64,000 bases of DNA, taken from contig OZ336876.1 of assembly GCA_965287045.1 (NCBI GenBank), positions 54,188,001-54,252,000 on the forward strand. The letters run 5' to 3'. Below the pieces are notes generated by a model. It searched no databases. It was not told the DNA's origin and worked only from the letters and a program-made list of their open reading frames with translations. Source of the DNA: Carcharhinus amblyrhynchos. Lineage: Eukaryota. Shown here piece after piece: positions 51,818 to 63,280 of the stretch (the stretch's first letter is position 1; each line of letters starts with the position of its first letter). The position numbers and the translations under genes were made by a program.

Positions 51818-53018
51818 CGGGGCGATTCTCCCAAAAAATTCTAAGTGCTGTATTCACACAAAATTGGAGTAAATCACACTGGGTTTTGTTCAGCGGGAAT
51901 TTCAAAATGAACCCCCCACACTTTGTGCACTAGTTCACTAGTGTGATTCATGCTGAAAATCAGTGCCGGGGCCTATTCCTGCTGTAGAGTCTGGCAGCAA
52001 AGCACTGAGTGGGTCACTGTGCATTCACCATTCTTTTAGGCAGGATTCTGACTTAGAAGCATTCAGTCATAATCCTACAGATGATAGTTTTTTTTTGCAC
52101 CATTGATTCCTCAGCCAAGCACATTCATCAAATGTCTGATCCTGTGGCTCCTCTTGTATGATTACTATTGGAACAACACTTTTCTCATCAGTAGGGTAAA
52201 ACTAAACTGTCTCATGATGGTCTAAACCCAGCTCATGTTCCTTATTAGTGGGCGAACAATCCAAAGCTTGGTGAATTCTGCCAGGAGGCACATTCACCAT
52301 TTCTGTCAGCACTGAGATCTGCTCATGCACAGTGATCCCTATCTGCCGGCCTCCCGATCACTGACCAGTTTGACCAGTGGCCAATCCCACAACCCCTGCA
52401 TCATCAGACTTGCAAACCGACCCCCCCGCACAATCCCGATTGCTGCTTTCCTCCTCCCTCCACTGACCTGCAGAGTGGCAATGGGGAACCCCCCCCCCCA
52501 CCTCACCAACCGATAGTCCTGCCTCCTAGGTGCCACCCCTAAAGGCCCAGTCCCCTTGGCACTGTCTGATGCATGGTGGGCATTGCCAAGGTGCCCCCTG
52601 GGCATTGGTACTTTGTCCCTTGGTGAATTCTGCTGGGAGGCACAGGCTGGCATGGCCAAGTTCCAATGTCTGGTTGTATCACCCTTACCCCCAGACCTCC
52701 TGGGGAGACCTCCATGACCCCCCCTTCAAGAGTACAACTCTAAACCCACTAGAGTGAACCACACCTAGCGGGGGGGGCGGATAGGGAGAGGCTAGCAGGT
52801 CCAGAGACTGCAGTCCCGGCCTAGCTAATCATATTTAAATTATATTAAAATCTCCCCCTGCATATCTAATGCAGCTCTGCACCTATTTCCAGAAATCTGG
52901 TGCTGGGAGAGGTGCTCGGAGCTGGATACCCAGTGCGGATTGCACTGATCTGGCCCTGCTGAAACCTCCTGGCCTGTTGTGCTAATAAATTAGTGCAGTA
53001 GGATGGGAGAATCTCCCG
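51818..53018 (+). mobile_element. Non-autonomous DNA transposon/MITE, about 0.95 kb plus a nested insert
   Basis: TIRs gggcgattctccca / tgggagaatctccc. A second family member lies inverted at 54946-56010. Confidence 0.8.
52037..52281 (-). pseudogene. 28S rRNA-derived fragment (3' region, domain V/VI including a decayed sarcin-ricin loop)
   Basis: ggattctgacttagaagcattcagtcataatcc...tcatcagtagggtaaaactaaactgtctcatgatggtctaaacccagctcatgttccttattagtgggcgaacaatccaaagcttggtgaattctgc is a diverged reverse complement of conserved eukaryotic LSU rRNA. Flanked by direct repeat cattcaccatt (52022-52032 and 52291-52301). Confidence 0.92.
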
Positions 53019-54945
53019 TGTTGTTTATTAGGAAAATGTGAAGAGTTGTTCAGAGGGAGTCATTAATAGGGGTTTAAGGAAATTTAAAACAATCTCAAAC
53101 TTGAGAATTGGTTACATGTTCTCCTTGGGAAGGGATTGGGGGTGGGTAGGTTTTGGGGTTAAACTTCTGCAAACCATGAAGCAGGGGGGAGTTTTGTGTT
53201 AATAGGCTGGCTGATTTCAGAGTACCTGAGGGGAAGTTTTTATTCAGCCAAATAAAGAAAAATAGAATTAATTGGTGACTGCAGAGCCATCAGGTGGTGA
53301 ATGTGCAGATATTCAGATCAATTCACAGAAATTAAATTGCAAAGTTTGACAATGTATATAAGCTAATGCATTTGTGCATTGCACCTCATGACACATTTTT
53401 GAATGGGAAATATCCCAGTAAAAGTGCCACCTACAAGGTTAATCGCTACTGTGAGTAAATGGTGCCATTTTTAAATTGTGTTTTCCCATTGACATATCCT
53501 GCCATACGAGCTGTTGATGGATTCCACTCAGCTGGGGCTCCCCCAGCTTCCTTAACATATAATAGATATAATCTAGCAGATTTCCCATGGTGTTGCTCTT
53601 ACTGTGTCAGAAGGTACTTTGTTTATAACAACAGGAGCTGCATTATGCATTATGTATTAATAGGATCATTGATTTACCATGACTAAATAAGCAACATTCC
53701 TTTATCTTTGTTTTCTAGGATTTTTAGCAGTGTTGGAGGAATTACGCTTAGTGACTGTTATGCTATGAAAATGGTCAATGATGACCATTTTCTTATTCTG
53801 CATAGGCACAGTCAGATCTCCCATGGCATTGCTCGCACTGAGTGAGAAGATATGTTGCTTTATTACACCTAGGTCATTATGAACACCGTTTGTGGGAAAT
53901 GAGTTACTGAAACTTTGACATGAGCTACATTTTAAACACTAGGCTTTTAGTACATTGAGAGAGAGAGAGGTGATAAAGGCAGATACGTACAAAATGCTAT
54001 GGGTGAGAGTGCACAGAATGTAGTTAATTTCTGAATAGAAGCTATTTCAGCGGTTAACAAATGGGTTGGCAATGTTGTCAGATCGCACACATAGGTAACC
54101 ATTGCTTTGGACAAGTATTGGGAGAGAGTCTGATTGCCCTCATGGGGTTAGATGCCCAGAATGAGTTGGTGCCCTTGGGAGAAGACAGTGAGAGAAGCGA
54201 TTCTGAAAGGATGTTATTATGGGGTCGACGTATGGCTTGGTGGTGAAGCTAGTCTTTTTCATTGTTTGGTAGCAACCTCTTCGGTTGTGCCGAATTATGA
54301 TTGCTTATATTCAATCACTTTCTAATGCGCTGGATTGCAGCAGCCCACATGCACATAATCTCTGAAGTATTAATGTAGAATCAGTAAAAGAAGTGAGGCG
54401 TGATGTTGTTGTGACTGGAGGTTTTGCTGGGTCACAGTTAATTTAAAAGATCAGTTTATCAGCTGCAGCACATTTGATTTATGCAGAATTGAATTTGCAT
54501 TCATTGTTGATAACTGCATTGGCCCCCTCCTTTTAAAGAGAACATTTATTCTGTGAAGAGCTTTTATGAAGGGCATTGAATTCTGAATGTGGAAAAAAAA
54601 AATCAGGCTTGTTTCAGAGGGACATCTGCCAAAGGTGTTGTCATTTCTTTTTAAAAATATTTCCACATGACATTTTCCCTTTAGTCAAAGCTTAACAGAT
54701 TTGGCAGGAATCTTTATAGATGTCTCAATATTTTTGCATTAATTTGTCTTGAAAATGTTAACCAAAATGTTATATCTCAAGGCAGCCATCACTATTAATG
54801 TCTCCATAATTTAAATGTGTTTAATCTTTTTGTTTCCATTCTGATATTGCCTTCACTTTAATATGTGAACGGGGCAAGTCAATTTGAAAGCAATCATTTC
54901 TGACTGAAGTCTCCCCTTAATTTCTAAGGAAGATTATTCTGACTT

Positions 54946-56010
54946 TGGGGCGTTTCTCCCAGCCGTTTAGCAGGCCTCCTGTTGGTTGCCACGGGTCTCT
55001 GAGGGTTTCTGGCTGCTGGATTTCCGGCGCTGTCAGCTCCACACCAGAACTTGACACAGAGTTGAATAAATTATGGTAATAAGGATTTTAATATAATTAA
55101 TGGGCCCAGCACTGAAGTCTCTGGGCCCACTAGACCCCCCCCTCCCCCCAGTAGGAGTGGTTCACTTCAGTGGGATTTACAATAGCTCCCCGCTAACAGG
55201 GAGCTGGCAGCTGAACCCTGCAGGAGGCCCCCCAGGAGGTTGGGGGCTAAGGGCTGGTGCCCCCTGGGTATTGCCAGCTTGGCAGTGCCAGCCTGGCCCA
55301 CAGCACTGTCCAAGGGTCAAAATGGCATTGCTCAGGGGGCACACTGGAACTGCCCACAGGGCATTGGGCAGTGCTAAGAGGGTGGGGGGGGGGGCAGAGG
55401 GGAGAGCGGTGCCTAAAGGGGGTGGGTGGGCCTCTGGTTGAGGGGTTCCACTCCACTCTGCTGTCAGTGATGACAAAGGGAGGGAAGCCAGCGATTGGGT
55501 TGGACATCGGGGTGGGGCGTGGTGAGGGGGGGGTGGGGAGGTGGGGGGGTGGGTTTGGCCTGTGGTGAGTTGAGGGGGTGGTCAGGACTGAGGAAAGTGG
55601 GGGGAGGCTTGAGAATTTGGGACTGTGGGGGGAGGGCTCGTCAGGACACATCTGAGAGCCCAGCAATCTGAGATTGGGGTGGGGGGGGTATTGTCGTACG
55701 GGTAACGGTGCAGGGTCACAGGGCTGGCCAGTAATCAAGTGGGTCAGTGACCGGGAAGCCAGCAATGTGGGGCTACTGTGCAAGCACCAATCCCAGCGCT
55801 GGCAGTGGCTCGTACAGCAGTATGCTATTGGCCTCTCCAACGGGAATTGGCCCCGCACCCTGATTTTTAATGAGGTTCATGTTAGTGCACTCTGTAACGC
55901 ACAGAGTGTGGGAGATTCATTTTGAAAACACTGCTGAAAAAAACCAGTGAGGTTTAGTCCAATTTTTATGTGAATTCGGCTCTTCGAATTTTTTGGGGAG
56001 AACCCCACCC
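54946..56010 (-). mobile_element. Second copy of the 51818 MITE family, inverted
   Basis: Ends ggggcgtttctccc / ggggagaacccc. Interior is the reverse-complement homologue of 51818-53018 without the rRNA insert. Confidence 0.8.
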
Positions 56011-56032
56011 TCTATTTGAAAAAAACAGGGTT

Positions 56033-56378
56033 GGGGGCGGCATGGTAGCACAGTGGTTAGCACTGTTGCTTCACAGCTCCAGGGACCTGGGTTCGATTCC
56101 CAGCTCAGGTCACTGTCTGTGTGGAGTTTGCACATTCTCCTCGTGTCTGCATGGGTTTCCTCCAGGTGCTCCGGTTTTCTCCCACAGTCCAAAGATGTGC
56201 GGGTTAGGTTGATTGGCCATGCTAAGAAATTGCCCCTTGTCCTGAGATGCATAGGTTAGATGGATTAATGGGTAAAATATATAGGGATATGGGGGTAGGG
56301 CCTGGATGGGTTTGTGGTCAATGCAGACTCAATGGGCCAAAGGGCAACTTTCTGCACTGTAGGATTCTGTGGTTCTGT
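56033..56378 (+). mobile_element. V-SINE (HE1-like), full length, relatively young
   Basis: Clear A box (tagcacagtggttag) and B box (ggttcgattcc), V-domain and tail. Confidence 0.92.
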
Positions 56379-56987
56379 GGGTAACTGTCATGTTGGCCAA
56401 ACTGTTTGGTTAACGTATTGCATCCAATAAATTAATAAACTTTTATCAAATTGTGGTTTTACTTATCCAAAATGGCATTATATTTTAGTGCTAGTTGTCA
56501 TTGTAAGGACCCTTGGGATAGTGGCTTCTAGATGTGTGTAATCTTTATCAGCGATGTCACATTGATGTGAAGGGAGTTGATATGTATATGTTTGGTTAAC
56601 TTTGCTCTCAGAAATTGCAGCTTGCTATAGGTTTTACTGAAAGATAATTTTTGCATTAAGATAGTATCTATCCCATATGTTATAACCCTTATTCCTTTAC
56701 ATACCAACTTGAGCTGGGAAGACCAATACCTAAAATGGTGCAAATAAGTGATTTTAAAAAGTTGATAAAATAATTTTGGCCGTGGCTTTAACTGTAAGCA
56801 GGCTCTCATCTGCCCAGTTTTGCATCCCATTGTATTAGCCATTCCTTGCTGACTGGAAACATTACTTTCTCTCCAGTTAACGCAATTATAATTTCATAGG
56901 CTCACATTTAGTCGGTGGGATATTTCAGTTAGTCAACATTCTCTGTTATACAAAACCTGTGAAGCCTCTGAGGCTATATACTTCCAA

Positions 56988-57290
56988 AGTTTTTTTAAAG
57001 TTTATATATTAATCACAAGTAGGCTTACATTAATACTGCAATGAAGTTACTCTGAAAATCCCCTAATTGCTACACTCCGGTGCCTGTTCGAGTACACAGA
57101 GGGAGAATTTAGCATGGCCAATCCACTGAACCAGCATGTCTTTCAGACTATGGGCGGAAACTGGAGTGTCCGGAAGGAATCCACACAGACACGTGGAGAA
57201 TGTGCAGACTCCGCAAAGATAGTGGCCCAAGCTGGGAATTGAACCTGGGTCCCTGGCATTGTGAGGCAGTAGTGCTAACCACTGTGCCAC
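56988..57290 (-). mobile_element. V-SINE, second subfamily
   Basis: Homologous to 11188 and 34028. Confidence 0.88.
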
Positions 57291-58556
57291 TATAGTGTGC
57301 TGGTCTGTTACACTTGTCCTTGTGTCTTGGCGATTGGATGTTTCGCAAGCCAGTGAGCCTCAAGCATTTTGTTACGTACTTGAAATATCTCATGTGTTGC
57401 CCTGCCAGAGCACATCTGTATCTCAATGCAATGTATCAGGAACTTGTAGGAGGCAGCCAAGTTATCAGATCCTATGATTGCTTAATCTTATCTGTGCACA
57501 AGAATGGAGATAGCAAGGAGGACAGAAAGAACAGGCTGGTGCAGTGAATGGCACATTGCAACAGGATTTTTAAGACTGTGGCTTTTTAAAGCTTTGCTAA
57601 ATCTTACCTTTTTAAATCTCATCATATATTAATACCCAATGGTTAGAAATAAAACATGGTCACTTCTGTAAGTAATCATGAAAGCAATGTCATTGCAATG
57701 CAGATGCCTGCCACTGATACCATTGCATTCTTCTACAGACAGTCAACTAAAACTGCTCTGTTCATTCAAGTAGCATGAATGCCAATGGTTCTCAAATGCC
57801 ATCAATAATGAAAATGAAATTACACTTCTTACTGCTCCATTCTTAGCTACTCCAAACAGACTAAGTGGCACTTCCATTATTTGCATGATGTCATTCTTAC
57901 AGGCTGAAAATAAGACTCAGACTAAAGAAATCAATATGTGGAGCTTTCCAGAGAGCTTCAATTACATTCAACTAATAGCCTGTTAAAGTATGATATCACT
58001 ACACATCAGAGAGAGGGGGGGGGGTCATCTAGTCTCAACAGAAGAGACGAGACTCTATTCTTATTTGATAAATCAAATATTAATGTGCAAAACATCAATA
58101 ACTGTGATGTTTCAGATATGCACAAAACTAATGGAGGGGCTTTCCTGGTTAGGATTGGAGCTGCCATACAGCTAAACATGTCTTCAAAAATGAAATATCC
58201 CCCTTCCCACTCACCAGCACTTGAACAGGGCTTTTATTTTTTATGTGGAAGAGGTACCTGCATAAGTCAAAGCGGAAGCCCCCATAATATATGCAAATCA
58301 GGAGTCCTGTGATTCTTACTGGTGTCTATCATTGTCACTCTGTTTAGTGAAATCTGGGCCCCTATAATCCAGTCCCCCTTCACCCCAATCCAAGCTAACT
58401 AGCCCCCACAACACTACTCACCACCCTGATTCGATCTTATCACCCAACGCACCCTGGACATTCTAGAATTCTGGACATTCTAGAAACTACTAGAAGTAGT
58501 TGGAAGAGAGAATTTTTGTATTTTTGAATACAAAAATCCAACTACTTTTGTATTCA

Positions 58557-58817
58557 GAGATACAAAAGTCTGAGATCATGTTACCACCAACTCGAGAACT
58601 GCTTCTTCCCTGCTGTCGTCAGACTTTGGATGATGGCAGCATGAATGGACGTATCTTGCATTAAGTTGATCTTTCTCTATACTCTACCTATGCCTGAAAC
58701 ACTACATTCTGCACTCTCTTGGTTCCTTCTCTATGAACAGTATGCTTTGTCCGTATAGCGCGCGAGAAATAATACTTTTCACTGTATGCTAATACATGTG
58801 ACAATAAATCAAATCAA
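58557..58817 (+). mobile_element. Rex1/Babar-like LINE 3' fragment
   Basis: Reverse-complement homologue of 48004-48265; ends acaataaatcaaatcaa. Confidence 0.85.
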
Positions 58818-61214
58818 CTCCCTCAGATGCACCTACTGCCCCCCCACCCTGATGCCATAACTCCCGCAGGCATGACCTGATCTGATCTCAGTACCAGACC
58901 AGACACCATCCTATGATCCCTTGAAACCTGACCCACCCCCCTACCCCCAGCCCCATGACCAGACCTGTCTCAACCTCAATACTTCCCTCATCTGCTACCT
59001 TACCCACTCTACATCTGTGCTGTATCCATCCCCCTTTCCCACCCTGCCTCCTTACCCACCCTACCCCCTTATCCATCATAACCCCTTGCCTTAAACACTA
59101 TGATCCCTTGCCTTACCCACCCTAACCCCTTATCTACCCTAACCCCTTGCCTAACTCTCCCTAATCAAATGACCTCCTTCTGTACTGTAGGGATTCAATG
59201 ATTCCATGAACTTCACTTTTACTGGCCTCCAATAGAAGCATTTTTTATGAAGCACTTTTTAAAGCTTTTTACTTGCATCCTATTGTCACTGTAGGGTTAC
59301 CTGCTTCTGTACAGTGTATTGTGGGTGAATTGGCATTAAGTGCTACTGTATGGTGTGGAGGGTATGAGGGGCTATAGGAGAGGTGGGTGGAGGGCCATGA
59401 CTTGTCATGTTGGATGAGAGCACCATGGGGGTAGGTGGAAGGCCATGGCTGGCCAGAGGGGCATAGGTAATAGCTTTTGATCTTACTTTTCATAAGGTTT
59501 CCTCACCCAGGCAGTGGTTCACAGCACCTTTTGAGATGTATGAACCACAGCTCCTTTAAAAGCTGGTCCGACCCCATAAAAATTCCTGAGGACTAGGACA
59601 TGCCTATCTCTACAATGGGGCCAGCCAGGTCAGGAGTGCGGACTGCATGACCTGAACCAGCCCTTACCCTTAAAAAGACCCTAGTGAAAATTGGGGTCGC
59701 TGGGACTGTGTTCTAGAATGCCAGAACTGGGTCCCAGCCACTATTTTCACATCTCCGTGGAGTCTCCCTGACAACGTGAAATTCCAGCCCAAAGACTACA
59801 TGCCCTTGGCTGCCCATTGTGCAATGTCAAAGGAGACCAACTGGTCTCCGTTACTTAAATGAGGATCAGGCACACGGCGTCTATCCAAGTTATAGACTCT
59901 TGTAGACATAAATGTATGACAAAATAGGAAGTAAAATTTGGTAAATGGGAAGCGTGTACAGATGATCAAGGTGCAGATGTAAAGAATGAATAATGTTTTA
60001 TTTTTTCAAATCACTTTTCCATGAATTGCCGAAGAGGTGGGACAATAATTGATCAGTTTCATAAAATGCAATTCTCCCCGATTTCAGGAAAAGAGACGTT
60101 GATAAGGATTATTTTAAGGGTTCCCTGAGATAAAACAACAGTGCTGCAGTGGCACGTGAGATGGATCAATATCTGAAAGAAAAAGAAAGGTGAAACTTTT
60201 CAACACTATAATTGTTCTGATGAGAGGTCACCCCAAAATATTATCCTGTATCTGTACCTCACATGCTGATTGACCTGCTTTGCGAGCTCAGCATTTTTAG
60301 TTCATGTATCACGTTTCCTGCACTTCCATTTTTATTGTTATCCTTGCTTTTTCAAATGCATTTTTAATAACTTGCGGATTAAACCAAAATAGATGCAGTG
60401 GAAATGAATATGACCGCAAAGTAGTGGAAAAATTTATGAAATATACAAAACAAAAATCTGAGTAAAGTTAAGCTGAGAGATAGTGGATGAAATCCATTTT
60501 CAACTGCCTTTTGCAGCCTCTGTATTGTATGGCTGCAATGAAGGCTTATTAACGAAATAAAATGCAACAAACGGAACTGGTAATAGTGTTGTTTTTCCAC
60601 CAAATCCTTCAAAGGATTAAATTGATTCTGTTTATTGTGAATGTGTTAAATTCATGCAGCATTTTCATAGGTTTTTGTTAGCTTATGTTAGGGAAACCTG
60701 ACAAGATGCATCTGCGCTTTGAAATGCTGCAAAGAATCACACCTTGGAGCCCAACAGGTTTGGTAATATCCTAACCAGCTTGTCCCTCTCCCGTTTGTCT
60801 TATGCATCTGTGGTCATTCTAAATAGGGATGCACTACCTGCAGCTAGAAGACTCCGAGTTGTAAGCTACCAGTTGGCAAAAAAAAAGAGAGATCTGCCAG
60901 CCATCTGCCAGGTAAATCTGTGTGCAGATTTTTATTTATATTTCCAACATAGCCTTTTGCATATCAAGTGATTTGTTCAAAGCAAGGAAGTACAGAGCTA
61001 TTTTTCTTAGTAGTCTCAGGTTTGAGGAACTAATTCGCCCACTTGCATGCACAAAAATAAAAGTAGACATACGGCTTCGGCCTGACATCCAGAAATTTTA
61101 AAAAGTGCAAATTTCAAGACAGGCAGAATGCATGAAGCAGGGATTCATTAATATTTAAGTAAACGAATGTGCATTTGATTCACCTGTCTTTGGCAAGAAA
61201 GTCAGAGAGCGGAA

Positions 61215-61355
61215 GAAGAAAGTAGCATTTATGTATTGTCTTTCATGTTCTCAAGACAACCCAAAGTGCTTTATAGTCAATAAATTACATTTGATGTTTA
61301 CTCTTTATTAAGTAGACAAATATAGCAGCAAAATTATGCACAGCAAGATTCCAAA
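61215..61355 (-). mobile_element. Deu-SINE 3' fragment
   Basis: Reverse complement resembles the tail at 6890-7030. Confidence 0.55.
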
Positions 61356-62556
61356 ATGATGAATGAGACTCAATTTAATGGCAGGTCGTAAAGCCAGCAA
61401 CAGTAGTACTGTACTGCTTGATTGACAACTTTCAAAAACGAGAATGCTCTGAAGGAGCTCTTGCTGATACGAAGTGGTAAATAATCAGTCACTTCTGTAA
61501 TTTTAAGTAGAATCGGTGGTACAGAAACCAGGATCTGAACTGATCCCAGCAGTATTTCATATAAAAAATTTTTGGGATGTATAAATGGCCGTCTTGCATG
61601 TCATTTCCATTCTGAACTTATTGTGGATGACAGTTCGGTAAGACCTCTGTGATATTGCAGAGCAACGATCTGCCTCATTCTTTTGCCTGTGAGGCACCTA
61701 TGTGAAATTCATTTGGCATGTCTTGATCTCACTCAGTGAGTGTAGATCCACAGAACAAAATTGCAAATAATTTGGTAATGTACCACATTGAAAGACTCTG
61801 AAATGGCTTTTGTTAAAACTGAAACGTAACAATGGTATAACATGGCTACCTACCATTACATTGTGATTAAAGCACTTGCTGGGGTTAGAATAATGGAAGC
61901 TTTACTTTTCTTGCCCGGGGAGTGCTTAATTTAGCTAACAGTGACACAAAAGGAAAATTACTAGTTCTTAGCACTAGCATCACTTATTGTGAATATAAAA
62001 GAAACACAATCAGCTAACAAAAAGCACTAATGAGTGAACGAAGATATGAGCAACAGAAAGAATATAAGGAATGAAAATAGAAACATTGGAAGACAAAGAA
62101 AATGTTACCAAAGAAACAATTGAAGATGCATAATTAGGAAAGATGTGAAATGTTAATAACCTCTGAGGAGCTTTACATAGCATTGACTTTTCCGACTTAG
62201 TTAAATTTACACCCACACAATCTACATTCTGTGCACATTGTATATGATAAAAGGAAGTTACTGGTTTTGGTGGATGCTTTGATGAAAAAGGCCTTAAAAC
62301 AACCTTGTACATTTTTAGTGACAGTCTAGCTGAGTTTTCTGACACTGTGTTTATATCGGATAGATAAATAGATCAACATTTCAATGTTTTTATGCCATTT
62401 TAGGTATATTTTAATGGGACTGGATTGCACAGCATAATTTTTTTCAGAACCAAACACGTTGCTTATATTTTTGTGAAGATGTGTAACATTTGTTTAAAGA
62501 ATTTAACAGAATTATTGTACTTGGATACATAATGTTATCATGGTGCATGAAGCACT

Positions 62557-63280
62557 GATTTGATTTGATTTATTATTGTCACATGTATTGGGATACAGTG
62601 AAAAGTATTGTTTCTTATGCACTATACCAGACAAAACTTACTGTTCATAGAGAACATAGGGGAAAGAAAAGGAGAGGGTGCTGACTATAGCGTAACAGTC
62701 ATAGTTAGGGTGTAGAGAAGGATCAGCTTAAAATATGGTAGGTCCATTCAAAACCTTGATGACAGCAGGGAAGAAGCTGTTACGTGATCTTGGACTTTTG
62801 TATCTTTCTCCTGATGGAAGAAAGTATGCCCAGGATATGTGGGGTCCAAGAATATGCTAGCAACAGGAAGTGCAAACACAGTCAATAGGTGGGAGGCTGT
62901 TTTGCATGGTGGACTGGGCTACATTCACAACCTTTTTTGGTTTCTTGCAGCCCTGGTAAGAAGCCTCAAAGCACCAGGTTAAAGTCCAACAGGTTTATTT
63001 GGAATCACAAGCTTTCGGAGCGCTGCTCCTTCATCGGATGAGGAACACTCACCTAACGAAGGAGCGGCCCTCTGAAAGCTCATGATATCAAGTAAACCTG
63101 TTAGACTTTAACTTGGTGTTTCGAGACTTCTTAATGTGCCTATACCGGTCCAACACTGGCATATCCATATCATTGCAATCTTGGTCAGAGCTAGAGCCAT
63201 TTCAATCTGTGATACATCCAGAATGGATGCTTTCTATGTTGCATCTGTAAAACTTGATGAGATTAGTGGACATGCCAAAA
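62557..63280 (-). mobile_element. Rex1/Babar-like LINE 3' end interrupted by a PLE palindrome
   Basis: Collinear with 48004-48530 on both sides of 62956-63172. Confidence 0.85.
62956..63172. mobile_element. Palindromic Penelope-like end pair nested in the Rex1-like LINE
   Basis: Same family termini. Degenerate TSD ttgcagccctggt / ttgcaatcttggt (10 of 13). Confidence 0.88.

Noticed and set aside
53286-53300. Second CTCF-like match GCCATCAGGTGGTGA
   Set aside because: Isolated match with mismatches and no supporting context.
55100-55925. Longest ORFs in the window (up to 203 aa, Pro/Gly-rich)
   Set aside because: GC-rich MITE interior with few stop codons; no recognisable domain.
56033-56110. 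tRNA-like A/B boxes
   Set aside because: This is a SINE head, not a tRNA gene: no full cloverleaf, and it continues into the V-domain.
60210-60250. CTGATGA in a second PLE-derived family
   Set aside because: Helix II and GAAA are decayed, so it is not a credible ribozyme copy.
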